64,000 nt of DNA. It comes from Candidatus Heimdallarchaeota archaeon (GTDB lineage: Archaea > Asgardarchaeota > Heimdallarchaeia > JABLTI01). Numbering within the stretch: the first letter of the stretch is position 1; each line of letters starts with the position of its first letter. Below are positions 19,364-29,339 of the stretch, piece after piece. A program made the translations under genes and the position numbers. The stretch covers positions 32,001 to 96,000 of the forward strand of contig JAHLVW010000062.1 in the NCBI GenBank assembly GCA_019058275.1, read 5' to 3'. Below the pieces are notes generated by a model. That model did no database searches and was not told where the DNA came from. It was given only the letters and a program-made list of their open reading frames with translations.

Positions 19364-20329
19364 ATGGAAAATAAGGTTTTCAATATGGAAATTATAAGTA
19401 CAGCTCCCGGAAAACTAATCCTTTTCGGAGAACATGCTAGTAGTAGAGGAAAACCAGCTCTAGTGTTTGCTGTGAATTTAAGGTTACAAGTAAAACTAGC
19501 ATCACATGATTTTCCAAACAAAAATATTCTCTTAACAAGTAAAGAATACTATTTGAAAGGAATAGAGTATCCAACTGACAGACTTAATGTTGTTTCGCAA
19601 ACAGTAGCTACTTTTTTGGAAGAAACTAAACAGAGTACTGAATCTTTTGAATTATCAATTGAATCTAACATTGAACCGGGTTTTGGAAGTTCAGCAGCAG
19701 TAATAGTTGCTACTCTTGGTGTACTAAATGAATATTATAATACAAATCTAACTCGAGAAGAATTACTAAAATTAGGTATAAAATCAAATTATGCTGTCAA
19801 AGGATATGGAAGTGGATTAGATATTGCTGCTTCACTTTATGGTGGATTAATAAAATATCAAGTTAATAAAAAACCAAAATCTCTTCCTTTTAATGAGTTG
19901 AATTTTGTTATTGTAAGTACATGTACTAAAGTTCCTAGTGGACCGATTGTTGATGCTGTAAAGCAATTTGAGAAAGCAAATAAAAAAGAAACTAAAATAC
20001 TTTTCGATGAAATCAAAGAAGTTGTACTTGATGCTGAAAAAGCAATTATAGCTACAGATTTGGATAGAATTGGTCTTCTCATGAATAAAAATCAAGAATT
20101 GCTTCGTAGTCTTAATGTAAGTTCATCAATTCTAGAGGTTATGATTAAAACTGCAATTAGCAATGGAGCTTATGGAGCCAAATTATCAGGTGGAGGAGTA
20201 GGAGACAATATGATTGCATTAATTCCTAAGAACAAAAGAGACCAAATAATCCAATCACTGAACTTAACAAATGGTAAAGTTTTGCCTGATATTTGCATTG
20301 ATAAAGACGGACTAATTATCAAGAAGTAA
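19364..20329 (+). CDS. Mevalonate kinase-family GHMP kinase (with phosphomevalonate-kinase-like motifs)
   Basis: APGKLILFGEHA, PGFGSSAA, GSGLDIAASLYGG, AKLSGGGVGDNMIA; operonic with mvaD. Confidence 0.85.
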   Translation: MENKVFNMEIISTAPGKLILFGEHASSRGKPALVFAVNLRLQVKLASHDFPNKNILLTSKEYYLKGIEYPTDRLNVVSQTVATFLEETKQSTESFELSIESNIEPGFGSSAAVIVATLGVLNEYYNTNLTREELLKLGIKSNYAVKGYGSGLDIAASLYGGLIKYQVNKKPKSLPFNELNFVIVSTCTKVPSGPIVDAVKQFEKANKKETKILFDEIKEVVLDAEKAIIATDLDRIGLLMNKNQELLRSLNVSSSILEVMIKTAISNGAYGAKLSGGGVGDNMIALIPKNKRDQIIQSLNLTNGKVLPDICIDKDGLIIKK

Positions 20330-20455
20330 TTTTCCCTTTTACCGAATTTTGCATTTATGTGCAAGTTTGCGCAGACCATCAGTGTTTTATATTATTCTCA
20401 CTGATATGGGTATAACTAGCATAAGGAAATGACACTAGTGAAGGAATGTTAGAAC

Positions 20456-20923
20456 GTGTCTAGTGACTATGATTATTGGATCAGTGTAAGCAATTTCACT
20501 GATGTTGGTATTACTCCACGCGTTAACTGTTGTAATTTTCCCTTAAATAATGATGAACTTAACACAATCACTAACAGTTATGCTTCCATTTTGAACTATA
20601 TATTGGAAAAATCAATTGTCGGTCCTTTACCTGTTGTTAATCATCGTGGACTATTAGTTTTAGTATTTAAATTTGAAATAATTGATAATGATGTTAAAGA
20701 TAAGCGTATTGTTTCAGAAGGTGGTAAAACAATAGGTTTGTTAACACTCTTCTATAAGATAAAATTAGATGAAATCTTCAAAAAGCTTCACAAAAAAATT
20801 CTACAACAAATTACTGTCTGGGTTAAACAATACAATAATATCAGAGACATAAATCAAGTTGAAATAACTAAATTAATGGATGATATTAATCAAATAAAAG
20901 TAAAACAAAAAATAAAACATTGA
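20456..20923 (+). CDS. Stand-alone longin/uDENN-like protein
   Basis: ISVSNFTDVGITP, GPLPV, FEIIDNDVKDKRI pattern resembles Asgard uDENN-like domains. Confidence 0.5.
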   Translation: MSSDYDYWISVSNFTDVGITPRVNCCNFPLNNDELNTITNSYASILNYILEKSIVGPLPVVNHRGLLVLVFKFEIIDNDVKDKRIVSEGGKTIGLLTLFYKIKLDEIFKKLHKKILQQITVWVKQYNNIRDINQVEITKLMDDINQIKVKQKIKH

Positions 20924-20952
20924 GAAGTAAACTCAATACTCCTCTAATTTTT

Positions 20953-21297
20953 CTACCATCTTTCAATTGGTCGTCGTTCTGGAATACCATCTGGCATTTT
21001 TCCAGTTTTAAAGAATTCTTCAGTTAAGTAAAGTCCACAGTAGCAGTGGCCAAATTCTTCTTGATCAGGTTTACAATAATCGCATGGACAAAGTAAATCT
21101 TTATCCTTCTCTCGATCTCCTTCAAGTAATCTACAAGGACAACCGAAATATCCAAAACGATTAAAGTTCGTCATAAGACCTTCTATGAGCATATCTAGAA
21201 ATTCTTTATCAGGATGTAAATGCCATCCTTGTTTTTCAGCAACCATCTCGACAAATTTTCTTACATCTTCTTTGGTTTTTTCATTTGTTGGAGGCAT
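20953..21297 (-). CDS. Ferredoxin:thioredoxin (glutaredoxin) reductase catalytic subunit
   Basis: CPCR, CPC, CYCGLY. Confidence 0.95.
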   Translation of the reverse strand: MPPTNEKTKEDVRKFVEMVAEKQGWHLHPDKEFLDMLIEGLMTNFNRFGYFGCPCRLLEGDREKDKDLLCPCDYCKPDQEEFGHCYCGLYLTEEFFKTGKMPDGIPERRPIERW

Positions 21298-21324
21298 ATT
21301 TCTTATCCCTCAATAAATTTAGTT

Positions 21325-21630
21325 TTAACTTTCTAAGAATGCTTTCTTCCATTTATCCTCAGTAAATCCAACAAGAACTTTATCTCCACCATCTATAACG
21401 ACAAATGGAAAACCAAGTCTTTCTTCAAAACTGTCACGTAAATCACGTTTAATTAGCATTCTTTGCTGAGATTCAAGTTTATCAACATAGATATATTTGA
21501 ATTTTAAATTATTTTTTCTTAAAAAATCTAATCCGCGTTTACAAAAACCACAAGTGGAAAGTGCATAGACTTGAATCTCACAAGGATTTTTTTCTCCTTC
21601 TTCCATAACGAAATCATATTTTTCATGCAT
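21325..21630 (-). CDS. Glutaredoxin (NrdH-like)
   Basis: STCGFC, GFP, VLVGF. Confidence 0.92.
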   Translation of the reverse strand: MHEKYDFVMEEGEKNPCEIQVYALSTCGFCKRGLDFLRKNNLKFKYIYVDKLESQQRMLIKRDLRDSFEERLGFPFVVIDGGDKVLVGFTEDKWKKAFLES

Positions 21631-21754
21631 TGATTATAACCTCATTAACTTATCAAATCGAAATTAGTTCTCCTTTATAATAAAAGCTGTGTGAAAGAAA
21701 GTTAAGTTACGTAAATATAAATCCGCATTTTGTTAACATTTTTCAGCAGTTTTT

Positions 21755-21901
21755 TTAACTTGGTTGTTCTTCTTCTGCCTTTTTCTTCTGTTTTCTCTTT
21801 TGAGTAACAGCTAGAATTGTTCCAAACAGCAAAACGAAAACCATGAAACCGGCATAAATAACTAAATACAACCAAGGTTTATCAGGTGCAAAATCAACCA
21901 T
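21755..21901 (-). CDS. 48-aa single-TM microprotein
   Basis: Not in ORF track; AGGAGA RBS; MVDFAPDKPWLYLVIYAGFMVFVLLFGTILAVTQKRKQKKKAEEEQPS. Confidence 0.65.
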   Translation of the reverse strand: MVDFAPDKPWLYLVIYAGFMVFVLLFGTILAVTQKRKQKKKAEEEQPS

Positions 21902-22076
21902 TAACAAATCTCCTGTTATATATGCTTTTAATGAAATGTAAGTACTTTATTACTTTTTAATCCATCGAATATTAGCATTGCTTTGAACAGAAAAACCAGC
22001 ATTAGCATTCTTTCATTGTTAATGAATAACTTTTAAATTAAACATTAATTGTACTAAATTCAAAATCAATTAATGG

Positions 22077-22565
22077 GTGCAAATAATGGATGATAAAGAA
22101 TTTATTGAATTCATTGAAAAGCAAATTGCTCTTGAAAAAGAAATAGTTGAAATATCAAATAAGAGCGTTGAAGATGTGAAGAACATTCTAGTTAAAGAAC
22201 TAATAAGAGGAATCGCAATGGATTCCAAAAAACATGAATTACTTCTTACTGCTCTAAGTGGGATGATTAAAGGTCCAACACCATTAATCGAGGAGGAAAA
22301 TTATGATAAAATTAAAGCTACTATTGAAAAGCATATTGAACTAGAAGCAAAAGCAATTGACACATACAAAGAAATTCTAACAACATATGAGAAAGAAGAT
22401 AGAATTAGATTTGTTGTAAGCGAAATCCACAAAGATGAAGTACGACATCACACCTTCTTGAAAAGATTGCTTAAAGCTTTAATCGAGAAAGAAACATTAA
22501 CTGAAGATCTTCTAGAAGATTGGATGTTCAAATATGCTCCATTCCATGGTTCTCCAGGTGGATAA
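22077..22565 (+). CDS. Ferritin-like/rubrerythrin-family di-iron protein
   Basis: E...DSKKH and E...DEVRHH ligand motifs; C-terminal PFHGSPGG. Confidence 0.85.
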   Translation: MQIMDDKEFIEFIEKQIALEKEIVEISNKSVEDVKNILVKELIRGIAMDSKKHELLLTALSGMIKGPTPLIEEENYDKIKATIEKHIELEAKAIDTYKEILTTYEKEDRIRFVVSEIHKDEVRHHTFLKRLLKALIEKETLTEDLLEDWMFKYAPFHGSPGG

Positions 22566-22590
22566 GATAAAAAAAGGAAAATAAGGAGAT

Positions 22591-23415
22591 CTAGAGGAAT
22601 TTTTCTGAAAATTTCTTCAGATCTCGTTCTCTTTTATATATGGGCTTTTTATTTGTATGATAAACTTCTGTGTTTTCTTCAAATGTTGGTTTTTCATTTA
22701 TATAGAAAATACCAAGTGGGAATTTCTCCACCTCAGCAGCTCGCTTTAATGCTTCCAGTCTATCAGTTGGATCATGGTTTTCAAGATAATAAATACGTTC
22801 CTTGAACCATTGATAGGTGTTTACTTTGTTAAATGAAACACAAGGCTGAAGAATATCTAGTAAAGCATATCCTTTGTGTTTGATGGTTTTTATCATCATT
22901 TCCTTCATATGTTTTTGATCACCTGCATAAGTTCGAGCAACGAAGGAAGCATCTAATCCTATAGCTATAGTTAATGGATTAAATGGATCAAGAATTACAC
23001 CATCAACCTGAACACCAGTTTTCATACCAAATCTTGAGGTTGGTGAAGCTTGTCCTTTTGTTAAGCCATAGATCATGTTATTATGAACAAAGTTGGTTAT
23101 GTTTGGATTTCTCCTTATAGTATGGATAAAGTGATTTCCTCCTTCACCATAACTACAACCATCACCACTTTCAGCAATAACAACTAGTTCTGGATTCGTT
23201 GCTTTTATTGCCCATGCTGTAGGTAAAGATCGTCCATGAAGTCCATTAAAGAAGTTACAATTAAGATATTGAGGGGTTTTTGCTGCTTGACCTATACCAG
23301 ATACCAAAACTAAATTATTGGGTTTAATATCTAATTCAACTAATGCTTCTTTTAGTGTTTCTAGTATTGGGAAATCACCGCAACCAGGACACCAAGCAAT
23401 ATCTATATCATCCAT
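22591..23415 (-). CDS. korB: 2-oxoacid:ferredoxin oxidoreductase beta subunit
   Basis: WCPGCGD, LHGRSLP, GDG...NN TPP motif, [18 protein letters not shown]. Confidence 0.95.
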   Translation of the reverse strand: MDDIDIAWCPGCGDFPILETLKEALVELDIKPNNLVLVSGIGQAAKTPQYLNCNFFNGLHGRSLPTAWAIKATNPELVVIAESGDGCSYGEGGNHFIHTIRRNPNITNFVHNNMIYGLTKGQASPTSRFGMKTGVQVDGVILDPFNPLTIAIGLDASFVARTYAGDQKHMKEMMIKTIKHKGYALLDILQPCVSFNKVNTYQWFKERIYYLENHDPTDRLEALKRAAEVEKFPLGIFYINEKPTFEENTEVYHTNKKPIYKRERDLKKFSEKFL

Positions 23416-23441
23416 GTCAAAGATATTTTTCTTACTTATTT

Positions 23442-25175
23442 TTAGACCTCCACAATTTTCTTAATTTTCTCAACCAATTCCTCTACAGAAAACGGCATAC
23501 CATTAAATTTCAGGATTTTATTTTCAATCTCAAAACCAGTATATAATTTGATTAATTTACCAAATTGTGATGTTACATTGTTCTCAATTATGATTACTCT
23601 TTCTGCTTTCTCTAAGAGCTCCTTGGTTTTCTGATGTAATGGATATACTTGCTTAAAGTGCAGGAAAGAAATTTCTTTGTAATCAATTATGTCTAATGCT
23701 TCTTTTATTGCTGTAAATGTTGACCCCCAACCTATGATGAGTGTCTTGTATTTATCTGTTCCAAGTAAATCGGGAGGTATCACACTTTTCTTAACTTCCT
23801 CAAATTTCTTTAATCGTTTTTCAACCATTTTTACTCGAGTGACATCAAGATCTTCTGTTATGAAGCCATCTTCAGTGTGTTCATCACTATCTGCTCGAAC
23901 CAATCCTTCCCCGTAACCAGGTATTCCTCTTGGAGATATTCCATTTTCAGTGTATTTGTATCTCTTGTATCCTTTTTCAGTTTTAGTTATATGTTTTTCA
24001 ATTGAAATCTTGGAAATATGTAGAGGAGGTATATTGTAATACAGATCCATAAAATACTGATCTGTCAGAATGATTACTGGTACTTGGAATTTGTCAGCTA
24101 AATTAAATGCTTTCTGTGTAATATAAAATGCATCTTGAAGCGATCCTGGAGCAAGGATTATCCTAGGAAAGTCACCATGCCCGGAATATAGAACTAACTC
24201 CAAATCTCCTTGTTCTGTTCTTGTAGGCAAACCTGTTCCCGGACCAGGACGCTGAGCAACGTGAATTACTATTGGTGTTTCAGTAATTCCGCTCAGGCTT
24301 AAACCTTCACCCATTAAAGCAAATCCTCCTCCTGAAGTTGTAACCATAGCTCTAGCTCCAGCATAAGCTGCACCTAAACCAGCATTTATAGCTGCGATTT
24401 CATCTTCTGCTTGTTCAACTAGAATATCAAAATCATGAGCATGCTTTGCTAGGAATACTAAAACTCCAGTTGATGGACTCATAGGGTATGAACAGATAAA
24501 ATTACAACCACCAGCAATTGCTCCCATACCAACAGCAGATGCACCATTGTAAAGTAGCTCTTTATCTTTCTTTGAAGCTTTTTTGATCGCAATCTTCAAT
24601 CCTTTTTCTTTGATTAATGTATCAGCTATTTCGCATCCTTTATTGAAAGCTTCAAAATTCTTCTGAATTATCTCTTCACCCTTTGAAGCAAATCTATTTC
24701 TGAGATATTTCTTGCCAATTTCCTTATCCAATTGAAATAACTCAGCAATTAATCCTGCTGCTATTGTATTCGAATAAACTTTACTGCCTATTTCTTGTGC
24801 CATATCTGTCCAAGGAATCTCAATTACTTTGTGTTTGGAAATATCGATTTCATCCTTGATTAGTTCTGATTCACTAATAATTATTGTATCTTTGGTTATA
24901 CGTTTTCTTTGTCTAGCAATAGCAGTTTTATTTAAAGCAATAAAGATATCAATTCGATCAACAAATGCAGACACTCGATTTGAAGAAATCCGTATTTCTG
25001 TTGAATTTGTACCACCTCTAACACGACTCATGTACTCTTTAGTTGCTGCAACATTGTATCCATCCTCTTGTAGAACATGAGTTAAAAACTGTTCAACTGT
25101 CTGAATACCTTGTCCAGCAGCTCCACAAAGCACAATTGAAATATCTTCTTTGTCTTCTAATGAAAATGAGCTCAT
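23442..25175 (-). CDS. korA: 2-oxoacid:ferredoxin oxidoreductase alpha subunit (gamma-alpha fusion)
   Basis: [41 protein letters not shown]. Confidence 0.95.
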   Translation of the reverse strand: MSSFSLEDKEDISIVLCGAAGQGIQTVEQFLTHVLQEDGYNVAATKEYMSRVRGGTNSTEIRISSNRVSAFVDRIDIFIALNKTAIARQRKRITKDTIIISESELIKDEIDISKHKVIEIPWTDMAQEIGSKVYSNTIAAGLIAELFQLDKEIGKKYLRNRFASKGEEIIQKNFEAFNKGCEIADTLIKEKGLKIAIKKASKKDKELLYNGASAVGMGAIAGGCNFICSYPMSPSTGVLVFLAKHAHDFDILVEQAEDEIAAINAGLGAAYAGARAMVTTSGGGFALMGEGLSLSGITETPIVIHVAQRPGPGTGLPTRTEQGDLELVLYSGHGDFPRIILAPGSLQDAFYITQKAFNLADKFQVPVIILTDQYFMDLYYNIPPLHISKISIEKHITKTEKGYKRYKYTENGISPRGIPGYGEGLVRADSDEHTEDGFITEDLDVTRVKMVEKRLKKFEEVKKSVIPPDLLGTDKYKTLIIGWGSTFTAIKEALDIIDYKEISFLHFKQVYPLHQKTKELLEKAERVIIIENNVTSQFGKLIKLYTGFEIENKILKFNGMPFSVEELVEKIKKIVEV

Positions 25176-25288
25176 GCAATCACATACTTTAGATTTCTAA
25201 TTAATATTTGTGTTTTAAAAAGTAAAGAGGTGTTTTTACTTATTAAATACATCACTGAATATCAATCAAAAATCAACCAAAGTAGCAA

Positions 25289-26188
25289 TTAAGCTATTAA
25301 TTTTGAAATTATCTCGTTAAAATGTGTATAAATTACTTTGTGCCCTTCCAAAGGATAAAGAATAAGTTCAGAATTTAAGATTAATTTCTGTTGTTCTATA
25401 GAGGATATTGGAGGAACTATGTTGTCATTTTCTCCATGCCAAAAATAAACTGGGTATTCAACACCTATTTTGTGAGAAAGTTTTTCTGGATTAGTAAGTG
25501 ATTTTAACATCAAAAATAAGTCATAGGAGTAACCTCTTAGATTCGGTTGAATTAAATCAGGTATATAATCACCTAGAAACCACTCTTTAATAGATGGATC
25601 TAACCAAGTTTCTCTATCAACATCTGGTAATGCCTTCAAGCTTTTCTCATATTCCTTTTCAGGGTTTCTTCTGTAATTATTGATACCTGCTGAACTTAGA
25701 ATATGAGATATAGTTCTACCTAATAGTGGAAATCTCGAGCTACCTTTTATCATCCTTAACTGAAATGGATGACTTGATTGTGAATAATCAATAACAAAGT
25801 AAGGAATTGAGCTTACTAAACCTAATTTAACAATTCGTTCTGGATAATGCAAAGCGTAATCGAGAGCGTAAACTCCTCCAGTAGAAAACCCTAAGATAGA
25901 AAATTTATCTAAAGATAATTCTTCTGCAAGCTCATTTATATCAAAAGACCAGTCTGATATTTTCCGTCTCTCTTGGTATGTTGATAATCCACAACCAGGT
26001 CGATCGATTGAGATTATCCTAGCTCCTAGCTCTTTTGCTTCTTTATGAAAACACGAGATATCAAGTCTAGTTCCAGGCCAACCATGAAAGTAAAGGATAG
26101 GTTTCCCTCTAGGATCACCTAGTAATGCATAACCAAGAATTCGACTATCACTTAATGTAAATTCTATATCTCTCTCTTCATTTAACAT
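25289..26188 (-). CDS. Alpha/beta hydrolase
   Basis: FHGWPG, DRPGCGLS, GFSTGG nucleophile, HGEND, EGH. Confidence 0.92.
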   Translation of the reverse strand: MLNEERDIEFTLSDSRILGYALLGDPRGKPILYFHGWPGTRLDISCFHKEAKELGARIISIDRPGCGLSTYQERRKISDWSFDINELAEELSLDKFSILGFSTGGVYALDYALHYPERIVKLGLVSSIPYFVIDYSQSSHPFQLRMIKGSSRFPLLGRTISHILSSAGINNYRRNPEKEYEKSLKALPDVDRETWLDPSIKEWFLGDYIPDLIQPNLRGYSYDLFLMLKSLTNPEKLSHKIGVEYPVYFWHGENDNIVPPISSIEQQKLILNSELILYPLEGHKVIYTHFNEIISKLIA

Positions 26189-26393
26189 GTTTTTAATTGT
26201 TTGATTTTACTATTAAATTATTTCTTAATTAAATCAAATCTAGGTATCAAGTAATTTGTTACTATTTCAGAAACTACTAAAAAGAGTGTTTTTGCTAACG
26301 AAGTATGATTGAAGAACTCTTAGCCATTGGATCCTTAATCTGTTTCGTAGGATCAAATATCATATTTAAAAGAATGCAATAATGTCCATTGTA

Positions 26394-26957
26394 TTAGTTA
26401 ATATCAGATGAGGATTTTTTCTTATTTAATCTGATGAAAATATCTAGAAGAATTCCTGAGATAATTATTAATGAAAAATATATGGTAGCAAATATAAAAC
26501 CAATTGAATATTTTGTTTCAGCATGCAAACTCTTTAAGTAAGCTACAAATGGAATCTGTAAAAGCGTACCAGCTAACCCAATAATTCCACAGATAATAAC
26601 CAGTATACTAAATACTTCCCTGAAATGCTTGAAATACCTATCACCTCTATTTAAAGAAAAACCTAAACTTGGAACTAATATAAACGAAGAAACAAGCCCA
26701 ATTATAATTAGCACCAACGAAAATATTGGAAAGTTAGTTAAAGTACCTGATCCTCCTTCAGAAATTATAACACCGTCTTTATATAAATTCCAATATCCAT
26801 AAAAAAATGTTTGATATTTATAATCGTCTCCAGTAACTGTCCATTCCCTTATAGTAAAAGGTGTAAAGATAATAGTAATGATTCCAGCTACTACAATTAT
26901 GATTACAATGAAACCTGCTAACATATTCTTGTTTAAAGTCCTATTTGTCATTAGCAA
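26394..26957 (-). CDS. Four-TM membrane protein, claudin/PMP22-like topology
   Basis: Four TM helices; W...GYW in the first loop; KYSIGF before TM4. Confidence 0.55.
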   Translation of the reverse strand: MLMTNRTLNKNMLAGFIVIIIVVAGIITIIFTPFTIREWTVTGDDYKYQTFFYGYWNLYKDGVIISEGGSGTLTNFPIFSLVLIIIGLVSSFILVPSLGFSLNRGDRYFKHFREVFSILVIICGIIGLAGTLLQIPFVAYLKSLHAETKYSIGFIFATIYFSLIIISGILLDIFIRLNKKKSSSDIN

Positions 26958-27027
26958 TCACTCTTACGATAATTATTTCATTGTTAATTTAGTTTATTAC
27001 TTATTCCATTTTCTACCTGTTGGTAGT

Positions 27028-28296
27028 TTAACTATACTCTTCATCAATAAGCTTGACAAAACACAATGAGATACCTATAACATCATTAAGGAATTTTTTA
27101 TCTATACATTCTATTGTATCTTGTAGAGTATGCCAATTAACAGGTTTCCAAGATTCATCTCTTACACCAATTATAAAAGCAGATTCATAACCAGCTTTGA
27201 CATAGATATTTGCGTTTGATGATCCCATTAGAAGCTTACCCCTAGTACATGGAATTGCATCCTCGTTTTGTTTTCTGTAAATTTCATATGCTTTCACAAA
27301 TCGACTAACAACTTCTTGACTATATCTTGCCAAATGCATGTAATCTTCTTCAACAATAACAATTACTTTGCCAGCCCCAATACATTCATACACAAGAGAT
27401 AAAGAATCTTGAAAGAGCTCAGGATTATTTCTAACAAAATGATAAGCACCTCTTTCACCGATTTCTTCTGATCCAGTTGATACTATTATTAATTCAACAT
27501 TTTTCAGTCTATTTTTGCTGAAGTATTTACCAACTGCTGCAGCTACTGCTGTTCCAGATAGGTTATCGTTTGCTCCCATCACAGTTTTCCCATATATTAC
27601 TCCTAAGAAGAAAATAATGTACAATATCAATAGAACAAAGATGATTGGAATAATATATAAATCAAACTTTGTTAATTCAAATATAAACCAATTATAACTC
27701 ACCAAATGATCAACTGATGATGATTGAAGACTTACTTTAACAATAGAATAAATAAGAACAAAAAATCCATAGACTAATAAATTACTATATAATATGACTT
27801 CATAAAATCGATTGTTAATTTTACCAATATGTAATTCCTTAGCAGAATCTGTGTGACCATCCAAGATAACCCTGCATTTTGTTTCTTCTCGAGGTTTAAT
27901 TATTCCAAAAACATTAGAAGAAGTTTTTTTCTTATAAAGAAATTTTAGAATCCCCTTTAGAAGCATAAACTCAAAGAAATAAACTAGCATACCCAATAAG
28001 ATTATAACGGAAGCAAAAATAGAAAAAGGATACTTCAAAGGGAGCATCAAAAAAGAAAATACTCCTAAAGCAAAAACCATTCTAAGTACACCTTGAGGAT
28101 AGAAATGAGGATGTACTTTGAATTCTTCAATGTTAGTTTCATCACAAAACTTAGACCATTTCTCCTTTATCCATTTGTTTGCTTTATCCTCTGCTTCAGA
28201 TCCTGAATATCTTGGTCCAAAATCTTCACAAATTGTCTCAATAAAATCATACGTATAATCAACATAGGAATCTAAGTTTTCCAGTAGTATCACCAA
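27028..28296 (-). CDS. M28-family metallopeptidase with membrane inserts
   Basis: GHTDS, GANDNLSG, GSEE, NWHT. Confidence 0.9.
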   Translation of the reverse strand: MVILLENLDSYVDYTYDFIETICEDFGPRYSGSEAEDKANKWIKEKWSKFCDETNIEEFKVHPHFYPQGVLRMVFALGVFSFLMLPLKYPFSIFASVIILLGMLVYFFEFMLLKGILKFLYKKKTSSNVFGIIKPREETKCRVILDGHTDSAKELHIGKINNRFYEVILYSNLLVYGFFVLIYSIVKVSLQSSSVDHLVSYNWFIFELTKFDLYIIPIIFVLLILYIIFFLGVIYGKTVMGANDNLSGTAVAAAVGKYFSKNRLKNVELIIVSTGSEEIGERGAYHFVRNNPELFQDSLSLVYECIGAGKVIVIVEEDYMHLARYSQEVVSRFVKAYEIYRKQNEDAIPCTRGKLLMGSSNANIYVKAGYESAFIIGVRDESWKPVNWHTLQDTIECIDKKFLNDVIGISLCFVKLIDEEYS

Positions 28297-28361
28297 TCTT
28301 TTCCAATAAAAGAGATAAGCTAATCACATTAATAATTATAATTGTTAAAATTATCTTTTGT

Positions 28362-29138
28362 CTAATCATCTTTAATATAATCATCCATTGTAACCTTAGG
28401 TTTTTCATTAGCTAAAGATGGAAAAATCTCTTGCCAAGGAACTTCTAGAGCCTCAAGATTATTAGCTCTTAAAACATTCATAACCTTGCTACTGAAGCTT
28501 TGTGCTACAAGAATTCCTTGAACCTTTATTTTTTCAACTTCTTCGAAATACTCAACATATCTTTTAAGTTGATGTGCATCAGCAGGAGTTGCCCCTCTTT
28601 TCTTTACTTCAACAATGATTGGGTTTCCACTCTTGTCAACTCCCCTTAAATCAAGAAAACCAAAAGGTGTTTCAAATTCCCTGGCTGTTGGTTGAAAGTT
28701 TTTATCAATAATTTCTGGATGACTAAATAAATAATCAGATAAATCGCTTTCTGAACCGTAGATGCTTAATGAAGCAGAGTCATGAGCATCGTATATTGTT
28801 GCTTGATATATTTCATCAAAGAGTATTTCTAAGGTTTCTTTTGTTTTCGGACGATACGTTCGAACAACAAGCTTTTCATCTTCAATGAGGTAGTTAATCT
28901 TTCCAGCTCCGCTCAGTTGCCAGTTTAAAGGTTTCAACCCCTTAGAACCATGTAAAATCAATGTTTCATCCTTTTTCACAAAGAGCATTCTGTCACCTTT
29001 TGGAAGAAAGGATTTAATTCTACCATCAAAAATTGCAGTACAAGATCCAAAGAGGACAATCATTTTTTTGCAAGCTTCATCTAAAAGCTTCTCAACAAGC
29101 TTTTGCTGTTTTTCTGGTAGATTTTTGGTTCTTTTCAT
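28362..29138 (-). CDS. nucS: Endonuclease NucS/EndoMS
   Basis: KPLNWQ, GSESDL, REFETPFGFLD, VEVKK, QLKRY; PIP-like tail VTMDDYI. Confidence 0.95.
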   Translation of the reverse strand: MKRTKNLPEKQQKLVEKLLDEACKKMIVLFGSCTAIFDGRIKSFLPKGDRMLFVKKDETLILHGSKGLKPLNWQLSGAGKINYLIEDEKLVVRTYRPKTKETLEILFDEIYQATIYDAHDSASLSIYGSESDLSDYLFSHPEIIDKNFQPTAREFETPFGFLDLRGVDKSGNPIIVEVKKRGATPADAHQLKRYVEYFEEVEKIKVQGILVAQSFSSKVMNVLRANNLEALEVPWQEIFPSLANEKPKVTMDDYIKDD

Positions 29139-29339
29139 TTTATCTAGTCCTCTAGTAGTTATTTAACTTGTAAGGGTTTATTCTCATTCTTTAAATTAAG
29201 ATAAGTGTTAGTTTATTTAGATTTTCTAATTATCAGAAAAATCTCGAATGTTAAAAGCTGATGAAGCTAAAAGCTAGAAAATGTGTTAAAAAGATTATGA
29301 AGAGCTTATTAAAAATGATGAGAATCCTCCTTAACTCAT

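Noticed and set aside
20349-20409. Small hairpins after the mevalonate operon
   Set aside because: Short stems compatible with a terminator region or chance
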